From an uncultured Eubacterium sp. (GTDB taxonomy: Bacteria; Bacillota; Clostridia; Lachnospirales; Lachnospiraceae): a DNA stretch of 64,000 nucleotides. A model generated the notes under the pieces. That model was not told the DNA's origin, did not search any database, and worked only from the letters and a program-made list of their open reading frames with translations. Where the stretch lies: assembly GCA_947385775.1 (NCBI GenBank), contig CANDMI010000011.1:504-64503 (forward strand). The letters are read 5' to 3'. Shown piece after piece: positions 47,074 to 56,961 of this stretch; position 1 is the first letter of the stretch; every line of letters begins with the position of its first letter. The position numbers and the translations under genes were made by a program.

Positions 47074-47084
47074 GTGAAACGTTA
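47074..47084. promoter_or_regulatory. Putative LacI operator GTGAAACGTTA; exact inverted copy at 47219-47229
   Basis: Near-palindrome with central CG typical of LacI/GalR sites; lies ~10-20 nt downstream of the predicted ABC operon start site. Confidence 0.65.
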
Positions 47085-47100
47085 TTTTTATTTCTATTAA

Positions 47101-47129
47101 ACTATAACACCATCCCGACATCTCATCAA
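47101..47129 (-). promoter_or_regulatory. Promoter of the sugar ABC/GH32 operon
   Basis: TTGATG-17 nt-TATAGT with TG extension on the minus strand. Confidence 0.6.
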
Positions 47130-47249
47130 GTATTTTTCCATTAATTTTTGTATAAAAACGCATTTTTGTAAAATATATACAAATAGTTCATGTGTATTTT
47201 GTATAGTTTTTCTTCATATAACGTTTCACGTTTTTCGTGAAATTTTCTC

Positions 47250-47278
47250 TTTACAAACGCTCCAAAAAAGATTATAAT
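47250..47278 (+). promoter_or_regulatory. Promoter of the LacI regulator
   Basis: TTTACA-17 nt-TATAAT. Confidence 0.7.
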
Positions 47279-47365
47279 ATCCAGTAAATAGAAAACGATG
47301 AAAATATATTCTATTATTTCATGAAATCAAATCCTGACATACACAGATAAGGAAAGGAGGCTATT

Positions 47366-48403
47366 ATGAATACGAAAAAGAAAAACGCCGCCCCTACTAT
47401 GAAGGACGTGGCGCTGGAAGCGGGCGTGGCGCTGGGCACGGTGTCTAAGGTCATCAACGGTTTGCCCGTAGGAGCGTCCTACCGGCTGCGTGTGGAAGAA
47501 GCCATTCAAAAGCTGGACTATCATGTAAACAGCTATGCCCAGGGGTTAAAAAGCAATAAGACCTACACGGTGGCCCTTTTGATCCCAAACACCTACAACC
47601 CGTTTTTTGCCCGGCTTGTCTACGAAATCAACATCGCCCTTTTAAAAAGAAAGTACCGGATGCTGCTTTGCACGACGGATTTCGACTCCAAGCTGGAACA
47701 GGACTATATTACGATCGCAAAGCAAAACAAGGTGGATGGGATCATCGGGCTGACCTACAACCCGAACCTGCAAGTAGACGAAAGCATTTCCTTTGTATCC
47801 ATCGACCGCCCTATGGGGCTGCATATCCCCTGCGTGGCCAGCGATAATTTCGCAGGCGGACAGATGGCGGTGGAAAAATTAGCCGACTTAGGCTGTAAAA
47901 ACGTGGCCTTTTTGCGCGTCGGCTCCGCATTAGACAGCGAGCCAAATAAACGGAAGGCGGGTTTTGAAAACGGCTGCCTTGCCAGGGGCCTTTCCTATGA
48001 GGAAAAAATTATAACGGACGGCCAGCCGATAAGCGAATTCGAAGCTTTTTTCCAAAGCCATATAGCAAACGGAAAGCTGGAATTTGACGGCTTATTCTGC
48101 GTCACGGACTTTCTCGCCCATGAGGTTATCAAAATGTTAAAAAACCTGGGGCTTACGGTTCCATCCGACGTACAGGTCATCGGGTTTGACGGGGTGCGCG
48201 CGTTCGGAACCGGGGACTATTTTTGCTCCACCATCGTACAGCCCGTAGCGGATATCGCGGAAATGTGCGTATCACTGCTGCTTTCTGAAACTATGCAGAC
48301 CAAGCCGCCTTTAATATGCCTTCCGGTTTCTTACGCATACGGCGGCACGACAAAAGACTCCGAAGCATTTGCCAAATTTGCAAAGAAAGGAGAGGCTCTA
48401 TGA
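47366..48403 (+). CDS. LacI family transcriptional regulator
   Basis: TMKDVALEAGVALGTVSKVING HTH, VASDNFAGG, VQVIGFDG. Confidence 0.96.
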   Translation: MNTKKKNAAPTMKDVALEAGVALGTVSKVINGLPVGASYRLRVEEAIQKLDYHVNSYAQGLKSNKTYTVALLIPNTYNPFFARLVYEINIALLKRKYRMLLCTTDFDSKLEQDYITIAKQNKVDGIIGLTYNPNLQVDESISFVSIDRPMGLHIPCVASDNFAGGQMAVEKLADLGCKNVAFLRVGSALDSEPNKRKAGFENGCLARGLSYEEKIITDGQPISEFEAFFQSHIANGKLEFDGLFCVTDFLAHEVIKMLKNLGLTVPSDVQVIGFDGVRAFGTGDYFCSTIVQPVADIAEMCVSLLLSETMQTKPPLICLPVSYAYGGTTKDSEAFAKFAKKGEAL

Positions 48404-48975
48404 AAAACTGGTGGTATTACCATAAATGGTATGTGATCTGCGGGGCTTTGCTTATCTGCATCAACCTGCATTTAATCGGAAATAAACTGGGCTGGTTTCG
48501 GGATGAGCCGGATATCCAGATTGCATACATCGCAGACGAACCGCTTTCGGAAGATGCGGCCGCTTCCATTGAAAACGCGTTTTCTTCCCTGGCGGACGAC
48601 TATAATAAAGACGGCAAAGTGACCGTCAAGATCAACCAGTACCTAAACGCGCCAGATACCGTGGACGTAGACAGCCTTTCCTACAAACAGGCGGCGGAGC
48701 TATCCATAATCGGGGACATCGAAAGCTGCTCCAGCTATTTTTTCCTGATGGAACGCCCGCAAAACGTCCAAAGGGAATTTCAGGTCCTTGCCCTGCCGGA
48801 CGGAAGCTGCCCTCTGGAATTTGACCTGTCCGCAGAGGGCAAAACCATACGCTGGGACGATAAGCTATATCTTGGAAGACGCTGCTTTTATCACAATAAA
48901 CGCACTGCATATGAAAAAGAATGCAGCCAGCTATGGGATACAATATACACAAAGTATGCAAAACGACAAATTTAG
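48400..48975 (+). CDS. Hypothetical membrane-anchored protein
   Basis: MKNWWYYHKWYVICGALLIC N-terminal anchor; 4-nt overlap with lacI, GGAGAGG RBS. Confidence 0.75.
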   Translation: MKNWWYYHKWYVICGALLICINLHLIGNKLGWFRDEPDIQIAYIADEPLSEDAAASIENAFSSLADDYNKDGKVTVKINQYLNAPDTVDVDSLSYKQAAELSIIGDIESCSSYFFLMERPQNVQREFQVLALPDGSCPLEFDLSAEGKTIRWDDKLYLGRRCFYHNKRTAYEKECSQLWDTIYTKYAKRQI

Positions 48976-49089
48976 GTATGTTTCAAAGGGATTGCTATAA
49001 ATTTAATAACAAATGTTTTTCATCTTGATTTAAAACACGCCCAAATTTATCCGCCACCCATTTTAAAACGACGCAGGAGGAAACCTTAT

Positions 49090-49758
49090 ATGTCAGACCA
49101 CGGCAAAACTATACAAAAAAACAAATTCTGGCGCTATTTGAAACCCCACAAATGCCAGAACAAGGCGGCGGCGCTTCTTATCAGCCTGCTTTTTGCCCTC
49201 GCCATAATGCCCCTTTTTTTATCCGGCTGTTCCCTATTGCCGAAAAAATCCCCGGACTCACTAAAGCATCCTAATGGCCCAATCCGGGTCGGGGATTTTT
49301 TGGAAATTAAAGCTCCAAAGGGGCTTACGCTGTTAGACAACAAAGACACGCTTTCCGCCGAAGGGCTGTACTACGCATCCTGGACAGACGGAAGCCGCGA
49401 CTCTTTCGAAAAAAGCGACGGAGACGCCATTGACTTTTACGACGCGCAGCTATACCTTCTTGCAGGGGAAGGGACAGACCATGCTTCCGCGGAAAAAAAC
49501 TATCAGACCTGGCTTGCCGCGGCAGAAGGAAATTACGACGTGCAGACCAAAGAAATGATCGCCTGCAACGGACAGGACTATACGTTTTTAAGCTATGACT
49601 GCGCAAACAAAGACAACCCATACAGCCGCGGCGTATCCGCGTTTTGCGTATCTGATCACCTTGCGGTCTGCGCGGAGCTGACATGCAAAAAAGATTATGA
49701 AAAAGACTTAAAAGAACTGTTAACCGATTTTTTAAACGGATGCCATTATCTGGAATAG
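49090..49758 (+). CDS. Hypothetical lipoprotein
   Basis: AGGAGG RBS; hydrophobic stretch ending in lipobox LSGC. Confidence 0.75.
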   Translation: MSDHGKTIQKNKFWRYLKPHKCQNKAAALLISLLFALAIMPLFLSGCSLLPKKSPDSLKHPNGPIRVGDFLEIKAPKGLTLLDNKDTLSAEGLYYASWTDGSRDSFEKSDGDAIDFYDAQLYLLAGEGTDHASAEKNYQTWLAAAEGNYDVQTKEMIACNGQDYTFLSYDCANKDNPYSRGVSAFCVSDHLAVCAELTCKKDYEKDLKELLTDFLNGCHYLE

Positions 49759-49766
49759 GAGGATTT

Positions 49767-50603
49767 ATGGGACTTTTCTTTCATCCAAACCAAGCCGCGC
49801 CAAGTGGACTGCGGCTGACTGGTTTTGCAAGATATACGGAAGTTTTAGAACGAAATTTTAAGAAGCTGTTTTTGACCGGCCTTATGACCCTGCTGTTTTT
49901 CCTACCCTTTGGAATCGGCGCGGCCTATGCCGTCCTTTCCTCCAGCCTGCTTGTCATGCTCCTTGCAGGAGTTTTCGGCGGCATTCTCGCAGGCCCCGCG
50001 CTTTCTTGTATGTATGACGCTGTCTTTCGCGGCCTAAGGGACGCTGCGCCAAAATTTTGGCGCGATTACGTCCATGCCTGGAAACAGAATTTCAGATCAT
50101 CCATAATTCCAGGCATTTTAACCTGCGTCCTGCTTGGATTTGATATTTTTATGGCTATGCTGTTTTACTATTCAGCCGCATTTCCGGGCTTTGGGACGAT
50201 CGCCCTTTACCTGTTCAGCGTCCTTGCGCTTACGATGGTCTGTTCCATTGTATGGCCGCAGATCGTATTATTCGATCAGCCCCTTGTTCAGACCTTAAAA
50301 AACAGCCTGCTTTTTATACTCCGGTATTTTCCGAAAGCGCTTGGCGCCGCGCTGCTGCAAATTTTATACTGGGGCGCGCTTTTGCTGCTTCTTCCATGGA
50401 CGGCGCTGCTTTTGCCGCTGAGCGGATTTTGGTTTATTTTGTATACGGCAAACTTTTTGCTGTACAATACGTTAAACGGATGCTTTGAAATAGAAGATAA
50501 GATCGCCGCCGCGTTCCCAAAGCAGGCCGTATTTTATGAAACGGATGAGGCATGGATAATAAGAAAGCAAAAAGAAGCGCAAAATAATCAAGGAAAAAAA
50601 TAA
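49767..50603 (+). CDS. DUF624/YesL-like membrane protein
   Basis: AGGAGG RBS; GILAGPAL, WKQNF, LKNSLLF TM pattern. Confidence 0.75.
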   Translation: MGLFFHPNQAAPSGLRLTGFARYTEVLERNFKKLFLTGLMTLLFFLPFGIGAAYAVLSSSLLVMLLAGVFGGILAGPALSCMYDAVFRGLRDAAPKFWRDYVHAWKQNFRSSIIPGILTCVLLGFDIFMAMLFYYSAAFPGFGTIALYLFSVLALTMVCSIVWPQIVLFDQPLVQTLKNSLLFILRYFPKALGAALLQILYWGALLLLLPWTALLLPLSGFWFILYTANFLLYNTLNGCFEIEDKIAAAFPKQAVFYETDEAWIIRKQKEAQNNQGKK

Positions 50604-50651
50604 AATTCGATATCCAAGCAAGACATTGAAAAAACTAAATTCAAAATCGAA

Positions 50652-50715
50652 ATGTGAATTTCATCAAATATAAATTTTATCACATGTAAATTTTATCAAA
50701 TGTAAATTTTATCAA
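50652..50715. repeat. Four tandem 16-bp repeats (consensus ATGTAAATTTTATCAA)
   Basis: Units at 50652, 50668, 50684, 50700; the last two are identical. Confidence 0.9.
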
Positions 50716-50759
50716 TCGAGCAGAAGGTAGGTGATCCGTTCACCTACCTGCCTCTCACA
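50715..50759 (-). mobile_element. Group II intron domain VI/3' end remnant (copy C)
   Basis: TGTGAGAGGCAGGTAGGTGAACGGATCACCTACCTTCTGCTCGAT: GAGAGG...CTCGAT stem-loop of domain VI; domain V and RT ORF absent. Confidence 0.8.
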
Positions 50760-50901
50760 ACAATCCAATTATAATTGTTTTCCTTATTATTTTTCGATAT
50801 TCCGGAGTGAATAAGAGGGGCTCTCCAGGCGCCGGCCAGCCGCCTGAAAAGAAGATCGTTTGCTGGATTTCCGCTTTTTCAACTAATAACCTACAAACAA
50901 C

Positions 50902-51336
50902 CTATAAATAACCGCGCATGCCAACCGCAAGTTTTTCCTCAAGCCCGATCAGCCGCTTTGTAATGTCCTTAGATTCCTCGTCGGCGGCTTTGTATTGATT
51001 CAGATATCGGTTTAGGGATTTAACTCCCATATTGCAGCCGTCCGTCATTAAATCCTCGATCGTTTCATCCGATTCGTTCATAACAAGCTTCACATTCGTT
51101 TTCATCCAGGACATTCCCTTTGCCATCAGGTCAGGCTCTTTTCCATCGTCGTGGTATTTATCCAAAAGAAACTGGATATCGTCCTTTAGCTTATCGTGCT
51201 CCCTTTTGCAGTCCGCAAGGCGGTTTCTTAGCGTGTCATCGCTTACATAATCCAACACGTCATTAATCGATGTAACGCCCATCTTTATCCCGGCGTCGCA
51301 TTCCCGCAGTAATTTTATAGTATCTGGTTCGATCAT
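50902..51336 (-). CDS. Conserved hypothetical protein, ferritin-like four-helix bundle suspected
   Basis: LLRECDAGIKMGV, DLMTDGCNMGVKSL duplicated helix pattern; AGGAG RBS. Confidence 0.8.
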   Translation of the reverse strand: MIEPDTIKLLRECDAGIKMGVTSINDVLDYVSDDTLRNRLADCKREHDKLKDDIQFLLDKYHDDGKEPDLMAKGMSWMKTNVKLVMNESDETIEDLMTDGCNMGVKSLNRYLNQYKAADEESKDITKRLIGLEEKLAVGMRGYL

Positions 51337-51434
51337 TGGCTTTGCCGTCTCCTTTTCTCATAAAAAATTTTCTATAAAAATTTTTCCTAAAAAGGATTAT
51401 CCCCACTTTCCGAAGGATTATTCCTGCCAATGCT

Positions 51435-52289
51435 CTAGCCTACCTGTGCTTTCATCCTTTTCGCCAGCCGGTTTCCATAGCCAAAAAAAACAAACGCCAA
51501 AAGCGCGCTAAGCCCGATGGCCTCCATGCGCCCCGCGCCGCCTTGATCTATAAAATCCAGCCAGTCTGTCTCCGTCCAGATCACGGAAACCAGGTTGATC
51601 GCCATATGCGCCGCCATAGCCAGATACAAGCCGCCCATTTTCCATACGAAAATCCCGAGCAGAAATCCCAGAAGAAAGGCGTAAATCCCCTGCACCAGAT
51701 TAAAATGAGCTACGCCAAACAAAAGGGCGGCTAGGGCAGCCGCGGCCACTCCATTTGCGCTGCCATCCACGCCGCCATTCCTGTTTGCATCCAATTTTTT
51801 CTGTAGCCTTCCATACACAAACCCCCGGTATACGATCTCCTCCACAACGGGGCTTAAAACGCAAAGGGTGATAACTTCAAGCAGCATGTCATTTCCATAA
51901 AACAGCCCGGACACATGCCGATATCCCGGGGAACGTTCCATTAAGTTGGATAAAAGAAACGCCTCGTTACAGCATACGCTGCACATAATGGCGGAAACAA
52001 CGTAGCAAAAACAGGCCGGATAGCGAAACGCCGCGCCCCTTCCAACCTTTAAAGGCCGCCCCTGATTTTGCAACCGCCCGCTCCAGTTCCATTCAAACAG
52101 CCCTTCTTGCACCGCCCATTTTCCAAAAAGCGCAAGGCAGATCAGCAAAACCGCCGCCTGTATCGCAAGCTTTGGAACGGCAAGCCCAGACGCTGTAGCA
52201 AACATGGAAAGGACGCTGTATAAAATATTCGAAAGCAATATATAGAAAAAAGCCGGCGTGGCGGCGTGGAAGAAATCTTTCAAGGTCAT
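51435..52289 (-). CDS. CPBP/Abi (CAAX-protease-like) intramembrane protein
   Basis: EEIVYRG, FGVAH, HMAIN motifs. Confidence 0.92.
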   Translation of the reverse strand: MTLKDFFHAATPAFFYILLSNILYSVLSMFATASGLAVPKLAIQAAVLLICLALFGKWAVQEGLFEWNWSGRLQNQGRPLKVGRGAAFRYPACFCYVVSAIMCSVCCNEAFLLSNLMERSPGYRHVSGLFYGNDMLLEVITLCVLSPVVEEIVYRGFVYGRLQKKLDANRNGGVDGSANGVAAAALAALLFGVAHFNLVQGIYAFLLGFLLGIFVWKMGGLYLAMAAHMAINLVSVIWTETDWLDFIDQGGAGRMEAIGLSALLAFVFFGYGNRLAKRMKAQVG

Positions 52290-53140
52290 ACCAGCTCCTC
52301 ATACATCTGGCTCATCGTCTGATGAAACAGCGGATGGCGCAGCCATGGCGCGATCTGGCTCATTGGCTTTAATACAAATTCCCGGTTTTGCATATCCACA
52401 TGCGGGATCGTAAGCTCCCTGGAATGCAGCACTAAATTGTCGTATAATAAAATATCTAAATCCAGCGTCCTTGGCCCCCAGCGGACATCCCGAATCCGCC
52501 CCTCGGCGTTTTCAATCTCATGCAGCTTTTCCAGTAAACGGTATGGGTTTAACACGGTTTCCAGCTTTAGGGCGCCGTTTAAAAATTTCCCCTGCTCCAC
52601 TCCGCCATAAGGCTCTGTTTCTATAATGTCCGATATCTCACAGACCTTGCACGAAGGAAGCGCTTTTAACGCGTCAATGGCGTTTTGGATGTGCTCCATG
52701 CGCTCTCCCACATTCGAGCCAAAGGAAAGGTAGGCGATATGCCGCCTTCGCTCGATCGCCACAGAGACATGCTCCAACGGAACGCCGATTGGCGCCCATG
52801 GCTTTTTTATCTGTATCCAGATGCATTGAATCGCATCGTAATCAAACAAAAATTTCTCCGCCAGACTCTCTGCCGCCGCTTCGATCAAATGAAACGTATG
52901 CTGTTTCATAAAATCCGATACAACATGGCAGATCTTCCCATAATCAATGGAATCCTCGATGCAGTCCGTCTGCCCCGGCTTAGAAAGGTCGACATCGATT
53001 CGGATCGACACCAAAAATTTCTGCCCTAACGCATTTTCCTCTTTGTATACGCCATGCCTGGCGTATACTTCTAAATCCTGAATCCGAATCTGATCCATAA
53101 CCTGAACCTGACCCGCAGCCTGATACATCATCTGATCCAT
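52286..53140 (-). CDS. folK: Bifunctional dihydroneopterin aldolase / HPPK (FolB-FolK fusion)
   Basis: YARHGVYKEE..GQKF, IDYG, LIEAAAE, KKPWAP then YLSFGSN, WGPRTLDLDILL, TIPH, REFVLKP. Confidence 0.95.
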   Translation of the reverse strand: MDQMMYQAAGQVQVMDQIRIQDLEVYARHGVYKEENALGQKFLVSIRIDVDLSKPGQTDCIEDSIDYGKICHVVSDFMKQHTFHLIEAAAESLAEKFLFDYDAIQCIWIQIKKPWAPIGVPLEHVSVAIERRRHIAYLSFGSNVGERMEHIQNAIDALKALPSCKVCEISDIIETEPYGGVEQGKFLNGALKLETVLNPYRLLEKLHEIENAEGRIRDVRWGPRTLDLDILLYDNLVLHSRELTIPHVDMQNREFVLKPMSQIAPWLRHPLFHQTMSQMYEELV

Positions 53141-53164
53141 AATCCCGCCTCCAGACTATTTTTC

Positions 53165-53974
53165 CTATGCTTTGTAAAGTATCGCTTCCGCCATTTTAAT
53201 GGCGCGCACATTTTCCTTTACATCATGCACCCGCACAAACGCGCACTGGCTCATGACCGCAAACACCGTCGTAACAAGCGTCCCCTCCAGCCGTTTGCTC
53301 ACTGGCAGATTAAGCGTAAGCCCAACCACCGATTTTCGGGACGCGCCAAGCAACAGCGGATAACCGATTTTTTTAAGCTGCCCCAAATTTCGAAGCGCCT
53401 CTAAGTTCTGCTCATAGGTCTTTCCAAAGCCAATGCCCGGGTCTAAAAGGATCGCGTCATCCGATACGCCCGCGTTTTTTGCTATTTGCACCGACTCCCG
53501 CAAATCCGCCGCAAGCTCCTGGAAAAAATCCTGATACTCAGCCTTTTTACGGTTATGCGTCAGGCAGCACACAGCCCCGGCATTTGCAGCCGCCTTTGCC
53601 ATTTCCGCATCATATCGAAAGCCCCAGATATCATTGACCATATCCGCGCCCGCGCAAAGCGCGGCTTTTGCGACCTTGCTTTTATAAGTGTCCACGGAAA
53701 TCGGCAATGAAATATTCGCCTTTACTTTTTCAATCACAGGCATAAGCCGCTCGATTTCTTCTTCTGCGGAAATCGGCGTATAGCCCGGCCTTGTGGACTC
53801 CGCGCCAATATCCAAAACCGCCGCGCCCTCTTCTTCCATTTGCTGCGCGCGAAAAAGAGCCTGATCCAAGCGGTTCCATTTTCCACCGTCCGAAAAAGAG
53901 TCCGGCGTTATGTTTAAAATACCCATGACATAGGTTTTTTTTGTAAAATCAAATTCCCGCTGCCCAATCTTCAT
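53165..53974 (-). CDS. folP: Dihydropteroate synthase
   Basis: MGILNITPDSFSDGG, GAESTRPG, LDPGIGFGK, GASRKS, RVHDV. Confidence 0.97.
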   Translation of the reverse strand: MKIGQREFDFTKKTYVMGILNITPDSFSDGGKWNRLDQALFRAQQMEEEGAAVLDIGAESTRPGYTPISAEEEIERLMPVIEKVKANISLPISVDTYKSKVAKAALCAGADMVNDIWGFRYDAEMAKAAANAGAVCCLTHNRKKAEYQDFFQELAADLRESVQIAKNAGVSDDAILLDPGIGFGKTYEQNLEALRNLGQLKKIGYPLLLGASRKSVVGLTLNLPVSKRLEGTLVTTVFAVMSQCAFVRVHDVKENVRAIKMAEAILYKA

Positions 53975-54022
53975 CCTTACACCTCGAGTGCCCATCACGC
54001 CTTCTGATGCCATGTGATGCGT

Positions 54023-54577
54023 TTAGCTCCGTATCATTTGAAAAAAACGGTCCAAAAGCTTTCCATCGTCGTAAAAAAGCCCCCTTGCGGCATAGGTGAC
54101 CGTCTTTGCGCCCGGCTTTTTCACCCCGCGCATCGTCATGCACATATGCTCCGCTTCCAGCATCACCACCGCCCCTTTGGGCTTTAAATGCTCCATGACC
54201 GCGTCCGCGATCTGCGTCGTCATCCGCTCCTGTAGCTGGGGCCTTTTCGCATAGATTTCCACAACGCGCGCAAGCTTGCTTAAACCCGCCACCTTCCCAT
54301 CCGGGATGTACGCCACATGCGCTTTTCCATAAAATGGAAGCAGGTGGTGCTCGCAGGTGGAGTAAAACGCGATATCCTTTTCCAACACCATATCCGCATT
54401 TTCCACAGCAAACGTTTTTGCAAGAGGCTTTGCCGCGTCCTTATACATGCCGCCAAAGATTTCTTCATACATCCTGGCGATCCGTTTTGGCGTATCCAAT
54501 AAACCTTCCCTGGCAGGGTCTTCCCCTATGCCCTCCAAAAGCAGGCGCACCCCCTGCTTGATTTTATTTTCATCCAT
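54023..54577 (-). CDS. folE: GTP cyclohydrolase I
   Basis: [40 protein letters not shown]. Confidence 0.97.
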   Translation of the reverse strand: MDENKIKQGVRLLLEGIGEDPAREGLLDTPKRIARMYEEIFGGMYKDAAKPLAKTFAVENADMVLEKDIAFYSTCEHHLLPFYGKAHVAYIPDGKVAGLSKLARVVEIYAKRPQLQERMTTQIADAVMEHLKPKGAVVMLEAEHMCMTMRGVKKPGAKTVTYAARGLFYDDGKLLDRFFQMIRS

Positions 54578-54582
54578 CGTCC

Positions 54583-55929
54583 CTACCTACCTCTGTCGCC
54601 TAAGCGTTTTTCCGCTACCGCCTCCCGCAGCTGCTTTAAAAAAGTAAAGGAGCCAAACGCCAGCACAACGCCCTGGCTTCCCGCCGCGCAAATTGCCTGC
54701 GCCGCCGCCGCATTCATATCCGGCTCATAAAAAACCTCTGCCCGCCCATAATCCGATTCCATACGGGCGTAAAAACGCTTCGCCTCCGCCTCCAACACCT
54801 GACCATCCAGCGCCCTTTCGTTTCGCGGCGTTACGGCGATCGTAAGGCTTGCATACGGCAGCATAAGCGGCAATACCTTTTGATATTCTTTATCCGCCAG
54901 CATCCCGATCATATAAATAAGCTTCTTTTCCCGAAAGGCTTTCCTTTTGCGATCCCCCGGCGCATCGTCTGAAAAAAAACAATGCCGCACCGTTCGCGCA
55001 AGCTGCCTTGCCGCTCCTTCGTTATGCCCGCCGTCGATGTAAAAAGGCGGGTCGTCCAATATCTTTTCAAACCGCCCGGGAAGCCGCGCCATAAGCCCTG
55101 TCTTTACCGCGTCTTTCGAAAGAAAAACCCCCCGCTTTTTTAACAGGCGAAGCGTTTCTAAGGCGCAGGCAAAATTATCCCGCTGAAAGGAGCCTGTCAT
55201 GGAAGCATGAATCTCAAGCGGCGCATCCCCATCCTCCCAGTCTAAGAAAAACCGGCTGCCTGTTTCGTCATACTCATAATCCCGTATGGAATCCTGATCC
55301 GCCAGATAAAACGCGCTTCCCGCCCGCGCCGCCGTTTCTTTCAAAACGAAAAGCGCAGGCGCATCCTGTACGGCGCTAACGCATGGGCAGCCTGGTTTTA
55401 TGATCCCGGCCTTTGCCGTGGCGATCTCTTTTAACGTATCCCCTAAAAAATCCTTATGGTCAATGCTGATGGACGTAAACACGCTGCAAATCGGACGCTT
55501 TATCACATTCGTCGCGTCGTCCTTTCCGCCAAGCCCCGCTTCTATTACGGCGTAATCGCATTTTTTTTGAAAAAAATAACAAAACGCCGCCGCCGTTTCC
55601 ATTTCAAATTCGGATACGGATATTCCCTCTTCCCGCCGCATGTTTTCACATTCTTTTTGTACGTCTAAGAGGATTTTTGTAAAATCCGCTTCTAAGATCA
55701 TCTGCCCGTTTAACCGGATGATCTCTCGTTTTTCAAAAACCGCGGGAGACGCATAAGTCCCCACCCGGTAGCCCTGGGCGGATAAAACGGCGGAAATATA
55801 AGCTCCAACGGAGCCTTTTCCATTTGTCCCGGCGATGTGGATGACCTTTAGAGCGTCCTGGACATTGCCAAGGCGCGCCATCAGCCTTAAAATCCCATTT
55901 AAGGAATACGCCTTTTTTACCGTTCCCAT
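54583..55929 (-). CDS. folC: Folylpolyglutamate/dihydrofolate synthase
   Basis: [37 protein letters not shown]. Confidence 0.94.
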   Translation of the reverse strand: MGTVKKAYSLNGILRLMARLGNVQDALKVIHIAGTNGKGSVGAYISAVLSAQGYRVGTYASPAVFEKREIIRLNGQMILEADFTKILLDVQKECENMRREEGISVSEFEMETAAAFCYFFQKKCDYAVIEAGLGGKDDATNVIKRPICSVFTSISIDHKDFLGDTLKEIATAKAGIIKPGCPCVSAVQDAPALFVLKETAARAGSAFYLADQDSIRDYEYDETGSRFFLDWEDGDAPLEIHASMTGSFQRDNFACALETLRLLKKRGVFLSKDAVKTGLMARLPGRFEKILDDPPFYIDGGHNEGAARQLARTVRHCFFSDDAPGDRKRKAFREKKLIYMIGMLADKEYQKVLPLMLPYASLTIAVTPRNERALDGQVLEAEAKRFYARMESDYGRAEVFYEPDMNAAAAQAICAAGSQGVVLAFGSFTFLKQLREAVAEKRLGDRGR

Positions 55930-56930
55930 TCCAGCTCGTCACTTTCCGCCCTTTTATCTCTGGTCATAAGCTCGTATACCGCGTCCTTTACCGGCTTATT
56001 TTCAAACAAAGCCTGGTTGACCTGTTCGATGATCGGCAGATCCACCCCGTATTTTTTAGCAAGGCCCATCGCGGCTTTGGCTGAATAAACGCCTTCCACG
56101 ACCATTTTTACCTCGTCCATCGCCTGTCGCATCGTATAACCCTGTCCCATCAGCATACCCGCCCTGCGGTTTCTGCTATGGACGCTCGCGCAGGTTACGA
56201 TCAGATCCCCGATCCCGGTAAGGCCGCTTAAAGTCTCGTATTTTGCGCCCATCGAAAGCGCAAGCTGTCCAATCTCATGAATGCCCCTTGTGATCAGGGC
56301 CGCTTTCGTGTTATCTCCGTATCCAAGCCCGTCCGCCATGCCAGCCGCCAGAGCGATCACATTTTTCAAAGAAGCTCCGATCTCCATGCCAAGCACATCC
56401 GGGCTGGTATACACGCGAAACGCTTCGTTCATAAAATAACGCTGGACCCGCTCTGCCGTGCTTTTTTGCGCCGCTCCCGCCACAAGCGCGGAAGGCATGC
56501 CCCTGCCGACCTCCTCCGCATGGGACGGCCCGCATAAGACCGCGGTCTTTGCCTTTGGGATTTCATCGCGTATGATCTGAGAAAGCGTCATCAGCGTTTC
56601 TTCCTCTATGCCCTTTGCCACGCTGATCAAAAGCTGGCCTTCTTGCACAAACGGCTCCATCTGCCTTGCCGTCTGGCGCGTATACATCGAAGGCACGGCT
56701 ACCACGACCGCTTCCATAAAAGCTATGGCGTCCTTTATATTCGTCGTAAATAAAATCCGCTCCGACAGCTTTACCCCCGGCAGCTTTTCTCTTTGCTCAT
56801 GATGCTCTTTTAACATTTGTATTTCCGATGGGATGGCAGACCAAACCGTCACCTCATGCCCGTTTTTTTCCAATACCGCAGCTAACGCCGTTCCCCAGCT
56901 GCCAGCCCCGACAATCCCTATTTTTGCCAT
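55917..56930 (-). CDS. gpsA: NAD(P)H-dependent glycerol-3-phosphate dehydrogenase
   Basis: GAGSWGTALA, AKGIE, GPSHAEEV, LKNVIALAAG, GDLIVTC..SRNRR. Confidence 0.97.
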   Translation of the reverse strand: MAKIGIVGAGSWGTALAAVLEKNGHEVTVWSAIPSEIQMLKEHHEQREKLPGVKLSERILFTTNIKDAIAFMEAVVVAVPSMYTRQTARQMEPFVQEGQLLISVAKGIEEETLMTLSQIIRDEIPKAKTAVLCGPSHAEEVGRGMPSALVAGAAQKSTAERVQRYFMNEAFRVYTSPDVLGMEIGASLKNVIALAAGMADGLGYGDNTKAALITRGIHEIGQLALSMGAKYETLSGLTGIGDLIVTCASVHSRNRRAGMLMGQGYTMRQAMDEVKMVVEGVYSAKAAMGLAKKYGVDLPIIEQVNQALFENKPVKDAVYELMTRDKRAESDELEWER

Positions 56931-56961
56931 GCATATCCCTGCTTTCTAGTTTCCTGTTTTT

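Noticed and set aside
46852-47163. 103-aa ORF in the sugar operon leader
   Set aside because: Spans the promoter and operator, has no SD and an atypical composition.
50652-50715. CRISPR array or plasmid iterons
   Set aside because: Head-to-tail 16-mers without spacers; no rep gene or DnaA boxes nearby.
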